64,000 nt of DNA from positions 54,126,001-54,190,000 of the forward strand of contig OX597826.1 of NCBI GenBank assembly GCA_951406725.2. Reading direction: 5' to 3'. A model generated the notes under the pieces. That model saw only the letters and a list, made by a program, of their open reading frames with translations. It was not told where the DNA came from and ran no database searches. Positions 38,380 to 52,360 of the stretch are shown here, piece by piece; positions within the stretch are counted from its first letter, which is position 1, and each line of letters opens with the position of its first letter. Made by a program: the position numbers and the translations under genes. This DNA comes from Octopus vulgaris (Eukaryota).

Positions 38380-39228
38380 GTCAATTCCATTAATTTCCAG
38401 TGCTTGACTGGTACTTTAATTTAAAAGGAAAAGTTGACGTCAGCGAATTTTTCCCTACTATAAGCACAACACGTGAATTTTTGAAGGGAGGGGAATTATA
38501 GATTACATCAACTGATACCCGTTTTATCGATCCCGAAAGAATGAAAAGCAATATCGTCCAATATCGTCAGAACGTAAATAGCAAAAACAAAAAATAAAAA
38601 CGCTAAGCTATTTGTCCATCGCGCTAACGATTCTGCCATTTCGTTGTCTTAATATTTTCCACTGTAGACACAAAGTCTAAAACTTTTGGGGAGGGGACAA
38701 GTTGAAAATATCGTCCCCAACGCTCAACTATTTCATATATCATCGACCCCAAAAGGGTGAAAGGTAAAGTCAACCTCGGCGCAATTTGAACTTAGAACGT
38801 CAAGACGGACGAAATGCCGCTAAGCATTCTGTCCGGCGTGCTAACGATTCTTTTCTACTCTAGGCACAAGGCCCGAAATTTTGGGGGAAGGGGCCAGTCG
38901 ATTAGATCGATCCCAGTACGCAACTGGTACTTAATTTATCGACCCTGAAAGGATGAAAGGCAAAGTCGACCTCGGCAGAATTTGAACTCAGAACGTAAAG
39001 ACGGACGAAATACCTATTTACTGCCCACAAGGGGCTACACACAGAGTGGACAAACGGATTAAGTCGATTATATCGACCCCAGTGCGTAACTGGTACTTAT
39101 TTAATCGACCCCGAAAGGATGAAAGGCAAAGTCGACCTCGGCGGAATTTGAACTCAGAACGTAGCGGCAGATGATATACCGCTCAGCACTTCGCCCGGCG
39201 TGCTAACGCTTCTGCTAGCTCACCGCCT
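38380..39228 (-). mobile_element. Cluster of old and young SINE family B copies
   Basis: Several successive reverse-complement copies of differing divergence. Confidence 0.8.
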
Positions 39229-41581
39229 TTCTGCTTGCGAAAAATAATACCATGATATAGTAATACCCGGCAAATTAACCGTGATGGGTGATGCTAGTCT
39301 AAAGGAAACGTTTAATTTTTGCACCTAAAGACATTTGGAACACTCCAGAATTCTGAAAACATTTGGTAAGCTCCAGAATTTTTTGGAAGGGCTCATAGAA
39401 ACCCAAAGATTCAACAATGTTGGGATATTTTCTTATGGTAGCTGGAAGTCCCACGTTTCTAGACTGGTATTTGATCATTTTTCATCCTTGAACTTTCAAC
39501 ACAAAGATTATATTCTAATGCTTATGTTCTTGTATACACGAAACTTTACAGCTGTTATGCCTGGCAAACAATTTCTGGGTTTATACACATGAATTTTAAA
39601 ATTGTACAATTGCGTATTGAAAAGTTCTACATATTGTTTATTAAAAAGTGTGTAATGTTATGAATATACTTTATTGAAAAAAATTTTGCTTCTTGAAAAC
39701 TATGATTTTAAAGCCGTATGTTATGGAACTTTAGACGCGAATACATTTATTTTCTTTGTACACGGTCAAAAAGAATGCCTTGACAAAGTTCACTGGTCAC
39801 TTTTCAGAATACAAGTACCCACCCCCACACTCTGTGCACAAAGAGAACTCGTAACAAATATCTACTTAAACCAAATACAAACTGGTCTTATCTGTAATGT
39901 TTATTTTAACATGTTCATATAATACACAGAACAAAATGGTGACCCTACCCCGCCAGCCGTATTTTGTCGATCCCAGAAAGATAATCTGTGAAGTTGACGA
40001 AATTAGGATTTAAACTCAAAATGGAAATAATGAAATACTGTCAAGTAGTTAATAAAATATCAATCAACAATAATGAAGGGAAATATCACGATTATTTGCA
40101 GTTTAGCCGCAATCGCTTTTGGTCGAACAGAGCTATCATCAAAGACATTCTGCCAGAGATTATATCGAATATCTTTAATATTTTTAAAAACATTGTCTGC
40201 GAGACAATGTAGTCAACGTACCCTTCTCATAATCCTTTGAGCCCTTCGGTACCCTATAACTGGTACGATTTCCATGGAGGAGGTTGTGACATTCATATCC
40301 TCGTGAACCCGAAATAATCAAAAGCGTTTGTTGGGACTTTGGGATTTGGAACGCAGAAATAGGGGACGTAATTATAGTTTAACATGGTTATTACACATTA
40401 CTCCACGAGAAGCATAGGGATGGTTTCCTGGTTTCTCTGGCGTATATATTCCTCCTTGGATGGGACGCCAGTCCATTTCAGGATAGTCCTTTTTACCAGC
40501 TGGGTGGACTGGAGCAACGCGAAATAAAGCGTTTTGCTCAAGAACTCAACGCATCGCCCGGTCCAGATATCGGAACCATAATCTTACGATTAGGAGTCCA
40601 ACATCCTAACAACTAAGCCATGCATCTCTACATTTGAGTGAACCCTTTATATAACTCAATGAAAAACTATCAAGTCACTCGACCTGCTACATATCACAAA
40701 TCTCATCACATCCCTCATAAAAAAAATGACAGTGTATATTAAACAGTGTTTGAGTGTGTCTATAAAAACGGCAGGATGCTAAGGGACCGAATACCCTTGA
40801 CAACAGGTCTTGCTCTATTTGAGCAAAATCTAAAACCAGGGGCGCTAAAATTAAGTGCCTGTTGTATACAGAACCTAATTCAATTAACCATATATCGTCC
40901 TTACACATTTGGAACTTCCGGTCACAATTCGACTAGAATCTTGTTAGAAACCATACGATGGCAGAAACATGTATGTAAATGCAGGCATTTACATACAAGC
41001 TACGTTCAGAGTTCAAATCTTGCTGAGGTCGACCAACGTTGGCTTTTCCCAGTTAAGTTCTAAAGTTTATTCGTTGATCATCAGGATTCACCTGGGACTA
41101 AACCATCCAGTCTTAGGTTCGTCATGTAGACCGGAGCTTATTTTGGTTGCCATGGCGTTTAAGAATCAGAACGAGTACAGCACTATCGCCCTGAATGGAA
41201 CGCCAGTCCATTGTGGGGTTTACCAGCAATTGTTGCTGGTGCTCATTTTCAACCGAGTGAATGAACTGAAGCAATATAAATTGAAACATTTTGCTTGAGG
41301 ACAGCAACTCCAATTCGTAATTGAAACCACGACTTCAATATCATAATTCCAGCAACCTAACCTCTAGGTCAAACACCTTAACATAAGACACTCGCAGAGA
41401 ATAGTTTTAAGCTCTTACATCCACCCAAATCTATAAATGGTTATAAGTTTGCTCCTCAACCACATGATTCCAGGTTCAGTCCTACTGCGTGGCATCTTGG
41501 GCAAGTGTCTTTTACTATAGCGTCGGGCCGACCAAAGCCTTGTGAGTAGATTTGGTAGACGGAAACTGAAAGAAGCCAGTC

Positions 41582-41612
<31 letters not shown>

Positions 41613-42004
41613 ATGTAGGTGTGTCCATCACCGCTTGATAACCAGTGTTGGTGTGTTTACGTCCTCGTAACTTAACGATTCGGCAAAAGAGATCGAAAGG
41701 ATAAGCATCAAGTTTTAAAATGAAAATAAGTACTAGGTCGATTCGTTCGAATAAAATTCTTGAAGGCGGTGCAACAGCATGGCTGCAGTCTAACTCTAAC
41801 AAGTGAAGCTATAAAAAAAAAAAAAAAAGATGCGATATCCATCCGTGTAAAGTTAAGGATTTTTTTTTTTGTCAGTTTGAGGATATTTGATAAAGAGAGC
41901 AACAACAAGGACTGCAATAATTTACGAAGAAATATTAAAACAAAACAACAAATTCTTAAAACCATAACATAAAACAAGAACCAGAGAAGGAATGAAGTTC
42001 TTAC

Positions 42005-42088
42005 TTCATGTAGAGACTGATCCATACAGCTCAAAGCTGTGCAAAAATCTTCTGCTATACATCCAGTGCCATATATTCCCCAACGCAT
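42005..42088 (-). CDS. DHDH: DHDH-like oxidoreductase (Gfo/Idh/MocA), coding exon 1: MRWGIYGTGCIAEDFCTALSCMDQSLHE
   Basis: ATG at 42088; Rossmann motif RWGIxGxGxIA matches the DHDH N-terminus; phase-0 donor GTAAGA at 42004. An upstream acceptor (tttacag, exon starts 42102) implies a further 5' exon that was not located. Confidence 0.9.
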
Positions 42089-42763
42089 TGTATAGTTTTT
42101 AACTGTAAAGGAACTAAAAGTAAAACGTAAATGGCGGTTGCAAGAATCGTAAGTCAATATGTCACAGGAGACTTGGTGACCTTTGCTTTTTATCGACAAA
42201 TTAAATTTAGATAGATGCTTATTGACGAGGTGGGGGGGGGCTTATATTGATTTATTGTGTGAATTGAATCGACGAGTCTATGATATAGACAACAAATGAA
42301 AAAAGGTATTAATGAGAAAAAAAGGAAACGTGCGCAGAACCTAGGAAAAAAAGAAAAATTTATTAAACTTTCAAATAAAAATGAAACTGTTTATTAAAAA
42401 CAAAATGAAGCAAGAATTTAATAAATTTTTCGGAAATGATGGTACATCTTGTAATGTGTATTTTGGTCAGGGAGATCGGTGTTTCTCATGAGAGAATGGA
42501 CGACAGGGGTGGGGGTCTGTAAAGATTGAAAAAAAAAAGAAAAGAAAAAGAGGGCGGACAAATTGCTATGTTTTATGAAATTAAATTGATTTAAAACCAT
42601 TTTGTAAACTTGTCCAGCACCAGATACAAACCCTCTTTGTCCTTTTAATAAAGAAAAAAAACCTAATGCTGAGGCGGAGGGGTGATGGTTAAAAAAGTGT
42701 ACACATACACACACATGTATACACACACGCATACATACATACATACATACATACATACATACA

Positions 42764-42798
<35 letters not shown>

Positions 42799-44412
42799 GT
42801 ACATGTATATATATATATATTTACGCGCACACACAAATATATATATAGGTTTTTTTTTATATAAGGTTATATGTACAAACAATTTAATATTAGATTGTAA
42901 GATAAGGTGGCGAGTTGGAAGGATAGTATGCCGAACAAAATTCTTAGCAGCATTTCGTCCGTCTTTGCGTCCTGGGTACAAATTCCGTCAAGGTCGACTT
43001 TGCCTTTCATCCTTTCGGGGTTGATAAAATAAGTACCAGTTGCATACTGGGGTCGATGTAATCGACTTAACACTTTCCCGAATCTGCTGGCCTTGCGCTA
43101 AAATGTTTCTGGCAGGGTCACTCTTTTCGGGGTCGATAAAATGAGTACCGTCAAGCACTAGGGTCGATGTAATCGTCTAACCCCCGCATCCTCGAAATTA
43201 CTGGGCTTGTGCCAAAATTTGAAACCAATATTCTATTGAAAGATTCGGGCTGTGAGATGGCAGAGTCGTTAGAACGTCGGGCGAAATTTGTACTCGTATT
43301 TCTTTCGACTCATTACGTTTTCAGTTAAAATTCCTCGAAAGAATTGATAAAATATGTACCAGTCAAATACTGGGGTCCATGTAATCGACTAACCCCATCT
43401 CCCTAAAATTCCAGGCCTTGTGCCTCTTGTAGAAAGAATAATAAATTGAAGGATTATTCTGTACTTTTTAGAGAGTACATATTTATTAATATTTACAAGA
43501 AAAAATTGACAGTGATTTTGACGTTTCGGGTTGATAACCGTCATCAGGCAAGTAAACCGAAATTTTGAAGTCACAGTTCAGCTTCCTCATCCGCCGTGAT
43601 CTCATGGTTGCAGTGGATGGGGAAGTATTTCACTGGGGTGAGAACTGATTGGGACATTGCTCAAACGGTTGTCCAGGACGACCTTAGTAGAAACCGACAA
43701 ATGGCGGATGCAGCTACGCGATGCAACTCCGAGTAGAAACCGACAAATGGTAGATGCAGCTACGCGATGCAACTCTGCATGCTCCCATGCCTAATCTGTT
43801 CAACGTTTTCCTTGTAAACATTAACACACACTACTAGTAAGGACTGACATGTATCAGTTTGAATATCACTGATCTACATTGTTAAAGATTACGTTTAAAA
43901 TTTTTTTTAGGCTTAGTAGTAATGTGGGTAAGATGTTCGCTTCTCAAATATTAGGTCTTAGGTTCGAACCCACACCGTGGTACTTTAGAGAAGTGATTTT
44001 GTTTTTGTTATCATATCCTCGCATCGTCCAAAACGTTGTGGGTGAAATTTGGTAGAAGTAATTATGAAGAAATCCGTTAGGATGATTGTCCCTATTTTTT
44101 AACACCGCTACCTGAACCAACTTAGGTATCTCTCGCAGGGTCCACACTATTCCTAACATTCGCGCCTGGTCTCTGGTCTGAGAATGACGTCTTCCATCAA
44201 GTTTTGGAGCCCCTGAAAAGCGCCATCAGTACCACCTTTTTTCTCCTGACACAAAAAGCTTGATAAATATTTTATTTCATAAAATAGCTTGAAATATATA
44301 TCAGAAACAACTAGGCTATTTGTTGTGTCTAGGAAGTGTCATAATGCCAATATGATTAACAAACACACTGGTTTAATTCCACTTCTTTATTGTTAGTCAG
44401 TTGGTTAGATAT

Positions 44413-44643
44413 ATTTCTTTACTGCTCACAAGGGACTAAACACAGAGACGACAAACAAGGACAGACAAAGGGATTAAGTCGATTACATCTACGCCAGTGC
44501 GTAACTGGTACTTAATTTATCGACCCCTAAAGGATGAAAGGCAAAGTCGGCCTCGGCGGAATTTGAACTCGGAACGTAACGGCAGACGATATACCGCTAA
44601 GCATTTCGCCCGGCGTGCTAACGTTTCTGCCAGCTCGCCGCCT
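44413..44643 (-). mobile_element. SINE family B with TSD ttggttagata
   Basis: Consensus match with a flanking direct repeat. Confidence 0.9.
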
Positions 44644-46898
44644 TTCAATTGGTTAGATAACGAACTAACCAACCGATTGAAACAGTAAGTAGTTTCAAAG
44701 CTCTTTCGTTTCGATTTACAACCTTTTCAACTCACGAATTCACAAAAATGAATCTTGCAAACCAGATGCAAAAACGAAGCAGCGACATATTTTTTTATTT
44801 GGTTAACAAGACCATTAGCAACATGCTTGAATTTGTCAGCTGAGTTTCGAATTAAAAATCTGGTAGTTTCTGCAGAATTTTGAAGACCATTTCAATGTTA
44901 TCCATTTCTATTATCAACGGTGGTGTCTCTCGCTTGTAATACCATGGTGTGCATGTTAATGGGAGCGAGAATAATGTCGAACAAAATGGATGAAGTGTGT
45001 ATGCATCTCAAAAAGGAACGTGAATGTAATGATTCCTGTTGTTTCACTTCTACCCTTCTACTAATTTTCAGAACATACAACAGGGCCGATTTGATATTAT
45101 TCAGATTTTATACAAATGTTACGATCAAGAACACAAATTTCTGCTCAGTTTTTTTTTGTTTTGTTTAAAAAAAAATATCTATTTTTATCGTTAACAAAAT
45201 AAATGTTGTCGTTACTACGAACAACAAAAATGATGTTTATACCCAGATAATTCTAAGTTTATAAGAGGTGTTGTTGGATCAGGTAGCCGTCATCATATTT
45301 CCTAGAGTTAGGAGGAGGAAGAGGGGTCGTGGCGCCGCCGCCGTTGCCCCCGAATGGCGAAAGGATTTTAAGAAACTTAGCTCATTGATTGATGGACCAG
45401 CGGTTAATCAAACAATCGATTAGTAAATTGGTCAAATGGTTAACCAATTGACAAATAAAAGTAAAGAAGTGAAATAGGATCAATGAAAGTTTTTTTTATT
45501 ATTGGTACAATGATCCACTCAAGATACAAGTATTTGATTGGTAATGATGAAAGGCAAAGTCGGCCTCGGGGTTACTCAGAACGTAAAGACGGACGAAATG
45601 CCGCTAAGCATTTTGCTCACCATGCTAACGATTTTGTTTGTAGATATAACAGAAATATTATAGACACTTTCAAAAGTTGCGAGAAGTTAACTGCTTCACG
45701 AATTTGTTTTGCAAATTATATTTTGTGTCATCCTCATGGTGTGAAAATAATCATCAGATTTTTATTGAGTAATATCCTTTGTGCTCCATTGTACTTGGTT
45801 GCCATATTTGGCACCGTTGTTATAATCCTTACCCTCTGCAATCTTTCAAGAGAATGCCATTTTCATTTAATGGTTTCCTTTATCATATTTTCAATGTCAA
45901 CCTGTTTTCTCATAACAGTTTTGAAAAGATAAATATCTCTTTCGAATTTTAAACTCCTACAATCTATTTTTTGAAGGTAACGAACCATAAATACTGTATG
46001 TTCAACATGTGTGGGATAAAGCGCTACATTAGCTATTATTGAATATTATTTTGCCATCGATCTTTCAAAAGTTATGTGTTTTGAGACAAGATAGGAACAA
46101 AGAGGTATAAATTAACATTTTTTTTTTACCCCCGTTCAGCTGATAATTTAATGTCTTTGCAACCTTTCAGCTTTTTTTTTCCAGTTATATTTGTCTTCCC
46201 AATCATGAGTTTTAAGTTTGGTATAGTTGAAGCAACAAAAACAGCAGGGTATCATTACTCCTGGATAAATGTGCGTGTGTGTGTGTATATATATATATAT
46301 AAAGTTAATCCAAACAAGAAAACAAAAAGACAACAACGCGAGGATGTGGAACAAATAAAGTATTATTGGACGCTCAGGAAAGAAGGGAAGAAGGAATATA
46401 TACATGGGATTGTGATTCTGGGAGAAAATACTTCATAATGTTAATACAAATACACCAGGCTATCAAAATGTTTTCAAATGATTAAAGAACAACACGTAAT
46501 CTTAGGTACGGTCCGAGAATGGATTTCTGGATTTCACCTCTCTCTCTCTCTCTCTCCTTTCACCTTCCTTCTTGTGTCTCTCCTCTTCTGCTTCTTTCCA
46601 TTTCCTTTTGTTTTCTTTTTTCTTCTCTTTCTTTTCTTTTTCTCCCTCTCTCTCTCTTCGTCCCCTTCACATACTTGTATTATTTTGGTTTTGTTTCCGT
46701 CTAATGTACCATTCGAAACACAAACTCTGACGAAGATAGCAATAGTTTTTTTTTAAGGTCGTTCAATTTTTTTCAGTCGCTCAATGGACCGATTGAGTAT
46801 GCAGAACTATGAACGCACCTATAGGGCTTATCAGAAACAGCTGTAATGTCATAATCGCACGGTTAAAGGACTAGGTAAAGTTCTTTATTTATGCCTTA

Positions 46899-46938
<40 letters not shown>

Positions 46939-47519
46939 ACACACACGTACACATATATATACATTACCGACCACATATACTTAACGTATATGCTTTGTGA
47001 ATTTGCCGATAAGCTGCGACATAGCGTGGTCGAGATTACTCTCTCAAGGCACCGAGTGTTAATATGAAATAATGTCGGGAATCACTGTTTTGTTATTCTT
47101 TAGTCAGGGTTACCAATTTGCAACGATTATGAGTCGCAGATAAATGCATCAAATAAATAATTGAAGAAGAACACAGCTAATTGTTTATTGAGATGGCTAT
47201 TTTATTAATATGATTATTACGATGATCGTTGCAATATATAAAATTCTTCGAGCTGTCACGATAAACAAATTGTTTGTTTGTGTAGACATTATTTGTCGTT
47301 ATGCCCAGTTTCATATGTGAGTAACTACTAGAGAGAAAGAAATAGTAAGAGTTGTATTGCCAAGTAGAGAGTACAGATAATGCGTTGTCCCACGCATGAA
47401 GGTGTGGTTTCTCCATCGTCAACGGAAAGAAAAGGGAAGGATGAAGAGAGATGCTTTCCGGTCAAAAGTCAGCAACCAAAAAGGATGAAAACAATTTGGC
47501 TTTGCTTATTTATACTCTT

Positions 47520-47946
47520 ACTCTCTTTTACTTGTTTCAGTCATTTGACTGCGGCCATGCTGGAGCACCGCCTTTAGTCGAGCAAATCGACCCCGGGACT
47601 TATTCTTTGTAAGCCCAGTACTTATTCTATCGGTCTCTTTTGCCGAACCGCTATGTTACGGGGACGTAAACACACCAGCATCGGTTGTCAAGCAATGCTA
47701 GGGGGACAAACACAGACACACAAACACACACACACGTATATATATATATACATATATACGACGGTCTTCTTTCAGTTTCCATCTACCAAATCCACTCACA
47801 AGGCATTGGTCGGCCCGGGGCTATAGCAGAAGACACTTGCCCAAGATGCCACGCAGTGGGACTGAACCCGGAACCATGTGGTTGGTAAGCAAGCTACTTA
47901 CCACACAGCCACTCCTGCGCCTATCCACACAGCCACTCCTGCGCCT
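47520..47946 (-). mobile_element. SINE family C with a duplicated 5' end
   Basis: ccacacagccactcctgcgcctat occurs twice in tandem at 47901-47948. Confidence 0.88.
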
Positions 47947-49619
47947 ATTTATATTGTTCCTAACTAAATTAAGTCAATTTTTTTAAAGGATTTTTCCTCT
48001 ATATCAGTTTTGACCGCATGTATGACTCCTGATTGATCAAGAGGTCCGATTATTCTCATAAATCTCTTAGTGCAACAAGCTAGGACAATAAACCGAGCAC
48101 TTGTACGAAAATGTGAATTCGATTTCGAAACTTGGCTTAGGTATTTGGATGCTGTTCCACACACACAGACACACACACACATGCAAGAATAGGATACAAA
48201 GGATAGCATAATTATACTTATTCCTAAAAATGATGGGATGGTCAAAGCTCTGGAATGCCTTTGATCATAAGCCTGCTTGCTCGATAACGGTTTCCCTGGT
48301 GCCAAATAACACATTACAACCAGTTCTCTTGAAATCAATTTTTACATACACGTGTTTTTATAATAAAAAAAAAATACTGGTCTCAAATTTCAGCACAAGG
48401 CCAGCAATTTTGAGGAAGGCGGAAAGTTGATTACATCGACCTCTGTGCTCAACTGGTATTTATTTTATCGACCCCCTAAGGATGAAAGACAAAGTTAACC
48501 TTAGTGGAGTTTGAGCACTGAACATAAAGACGGACGAAATTCCGCCAAGCATTTTGCCCTGGCATGCTAGCAATTCCGTCAGCTTGCTGCTTTACTGCCG
48601 ACTTAAATATTGATTTCAAATTTTGGCACAAGGCCAGCAATTTCGGGGTATGGAGTAATTTGATTACATCGATCCCAGCAGTCAACTGGTACTCATTTTA
48701 TCGATCCATTAAGGAAGAAAGGCAAAGTCAACCTCTGTGGAATTTGAATACAGAACATGAAAACAGATAAAATGTTGTGAATTCTTTTGTCTTGTATGCT
48801 ATCGGTTCTGTCAGCTCATCACCTTACTGCCAACTTAAATACTAATGGTATTTGGTAGCAGCGGTAGAATAAATGCAATTGAAATGGTAGAATAAATGCA
48901 GCCAAAATGGTAGAGTCAGATTTTTTTAGTGTTTATTTCAACCTCTGTGTTCTGTGCCAGAATCCTGTTGTAGTTGACTTTCTTTTCCACCTCTGGTTGA
49001 TAAAATAAGTAGCAGGTACCAGTAATATGTTAAGGTTGATATTATTGATTACACTTTTCTTTTACAAATATAGTAGGGCTTTGTGGAAGTATTAAAAATA
49101 TTCATATATATTAACAATGAAAGCATTCTTGATAACAAAAATATTTTATTGATTGTCTTGAATATTTTACAAAATAAATAATAGCCATTTCTTTTTTGGC
49201 CCAAGGGCCTATATAAAAATTTACAAAAGACATTGATAGAAAAACATGGAAAAATCACAGAAAGGGATTCATACATTTACACAAATTTACAGCAGTAAAA
49301 ATGAGGTAACAAGAAAATTTTAGTAAAGAATAATTCCCCCAAAGTGGGGAGACTTCCAAGTGGCCTCTCTTCATTCTCAGCCCCCAGTCTATAGATGGAT
49401 GCTCAGAGCAGGCCCATTCACTCAGACCATCCTTGCCACTCTCATCTAACTTTTCAATAAATTGCTGGAAGGCAGCACTTCCCTCTCTGCCCTCATTTTC
49501 CTTTTCAAGAGAAAACTGAAGAAGTTGATGAGATATTGATGAAAGACGAAAGTATTTGTTTTCAGCAGCAGCAGCAGTAGTAGTAGGATTAATAATATTA
49601 ATACAAATAAAAATCCTTT

Positions 49620-49826
49620 CTACCTTAGGCACAAGGCCTGAAATTTTGGGGTAGCGAGCAAGTCAATCACATCGACCCCAGTACATGACTGGTACTTAAT
49701 TTATCAACCCTGAAAAGATGAAAGACAAAGTCGACCTCAGCAGAATTTGAAGTCAGAATGTGAAGATGAGTGAAATACCACTAAGCATTCTACTCAGTGT
49801 GATAATGTCTCTGCCAGCTAACTGCC

Positions 49827-49865
<39 letters not shown>

Positions 49866-51046
49866 TATTTCTTTATTGCCCACAAGGGGCTAAACATAGA
49901 GGGGACAAACAAGGACAGACAAAGGGATTAAATCGATTACATCGATTCCAGTGTGTTACTGGTACTTAAGTTATCGACCCCGAAAGGATGAAAGGTAAAG
50001 TCGACCTCGGCGGAATTTGAACTCACAATGTAACGGCAGACGAAATACCGCTAAGCATTTCGCCCGACGTGCTAACGTTTCTAAAACTTATGAAAACAAG
50101 ACATGTGTACTACAGAGCCAGAGCTGGTTTCAGCTGGGTTGGTAATGAAAGGGTTAATTAGCAAAGTAGCTAGTTAGAAAATCTCTATAAGAGATGAAAG
50201 CAATAACTATGATTGATTGATTGATTGATTCTAGTTTCAGCTTATGAGCTGTGGCCATGCTGGGGCACCGCCATTATGCTGAGAAGTAATGTTGAAGTGG
50301 CAACAAATGTTACTTCTCAGTTCTTTGAATTTTCTTTCCATTATTTAAAGAAATTTTTTAAAGAACTGCAGAGTTTTTCAACAGAAATTTGGTAACAAAG
50401 GGATTAATAAGGATGAAGTTATTTTATTAAACATTTCCATTATTTAAAATTTTTTTTTTGAAAGAATGGCAGTGAATTGAAACAGAAATATGGTAACAAA
50501 AATGGTTAAATAATACTTCTGTGGTATTTGAGATGTTCTGAGATTTAAATATTATTTTTAAAAGTATCAAAATATTCTTTTCTACTTTAGGTACAAAGCC
50601 TGAAATTTTGGGGGAGTTGGGGCAGTCGATTAGATTGCCCCAGTATGTAACTGGTACTTAATTTATCGACCCCCAAAAGGATGAAAGGCAAAGTTGACCT
50701 TAGCAGAATTTGAACCTAGAACGTAGCGGCAGATGAAATACCGCTAAGTATTTCACCCGGTATGCTAACGTTTCTGCCAGCTCACAGCCTTTCTGCTAGC
50801 GAAAAATAATACCATAATACTGCTAAGCACAAGGGGCTTAACATAGAGGGGACAAACAAGGACAGACAAAAGGATTAAGTCGATTATGTCGACCCCAGTG
50901 CATAACTGGTACTTAATTTATTGACCCTGAAAAGGATGAAAGGTAAAGTCAACCTCGGCGGAATTTGAACTCAGAACGTAATGGCAGATGAAATACCGCT
51001 AAGCATTTCGCCTGGCATGCTAACGTTTCTGCCAGCTTGCCGCCTT
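49620..51046 (-). mobile_element. Cluster of SINE family B copies, partly CpG-decayed, with intervening MITE-like TTAA ends
   Basis: Copies at about 49620-49830, 49870-50080, 50580-50790 and 50825-51046. Confidence 0.8.
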
Positions 51047-52360
51047 AACAGTATCAAAATATTACAGACAAACTTGTGACAAAAGAGCAAGTGTAAAGAA
51101 AGAATCTCAGTAATGATTTCATCATCGCTTGCCATGTCAGCTTAACTGAGTCTATGTCACTTGAAGATATTGATTACAACTGAACTGAAAGACAGAGGTG
51201 TAAGTGAAGTATACTGACCACAGCTAGAAATTGAAACTAAATCTCAAGAGATCAGATAGTCTACTATAGTCATTTTTATGGCACAGGCACAATATTTGCA
51301 AATCTGGCCAGTGTAAAATCTGTAATGCAATAACAGTTTAAGCAAATATTTGAGAATATGTGAGAGAGTTTAGAAATGTATTTATATGTAGTTACATGCA
51401 TGAATATGTTTGTACATGACTGTATATCCATGAATGTGTGTATGTGTGTGTATGGTTGAATGAATGACTGAATGAGTGAGTGTATGAATGAACATATGAA
51501 TGTATGAATGGGTAGGTGAGCGAATGAGTAAGTGAGTGTGTGTGTAAATGCCTTAAATAAACTTAAATGCACAGGCCTGGCTCAGCTACCCTGTAGCATT
51601 AGACAGGTAACAAACAAAAAGCTTTCCATGGATCAGGTACCAGTCAGTCTCAGGTAACATTGGTTTCAAATTTGGTTCCAGATTTAGGCAAAGGGCTAGC
51701 AATTTCACAAGGTGTGGGTAAGTCAGCTGGTACTTATTTTACCAATCCTGAAAAGATGAAGGGCAAAATTGATCTTGGTGGGATTTGAACCTGGAACATA
51801 AAGTTCACCTCAGCAGAATTTGAATTGAGAATGTAAACATTTTACCTGGTGTGCAATCTCAGGTAATATTACCAAATGGAATAAAGTGATGATCTGGCAG
51901 AATTGTTAGCATACCAGGTAAAATTCTTTGTGGCATTTCATCCATCTTTATGGTCTGAGTTCAAATTCTACTGAGGTCGAGTTTGCCTTTCATCCTTTTG
52001 GTGGGGGTCAATAAAATAAGTACCAGTTGAAAACTGGGGTTGATGTAATCAGCTTACACCTCCCCTAAAAATTGCTGGCCTTGTGCCAACATTTGAAACC
52101 TATATTACCAAATGGAACTCCTCACACCTGATAACTGAACTGATGTAAAAGCTGTGTGGTATAGTGTTACAGTCATGACCGTGTGTGATTTAGGGGCAAA
52201 GGCATAGCTCTGTAGTTAAGGGCTACGGGCAAGGTTATATGATTTAGAGATACAAGTACAGCCATGTGGTTTACGGGTAGAGGCATACTTGTATGGGTAA
52301 GAAGCACAGCGACTGTGGTTTAATCACACTGGCATGACTTTATAGTTAAAGGGCACAAGC

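Noticed and set aside
45290-45365. Short GC-rich patch as a promoter or TSS of DHDH-like or a divergent gene
   Set aside because: Plausible location, but no diagnostic motif; cannot be supported without expression data.
49255-49632. 125-aa non-repetitive minus-strand ORF
   Set aside because: Starts inside a SINE; no recognisable domain or convincing splice sites.
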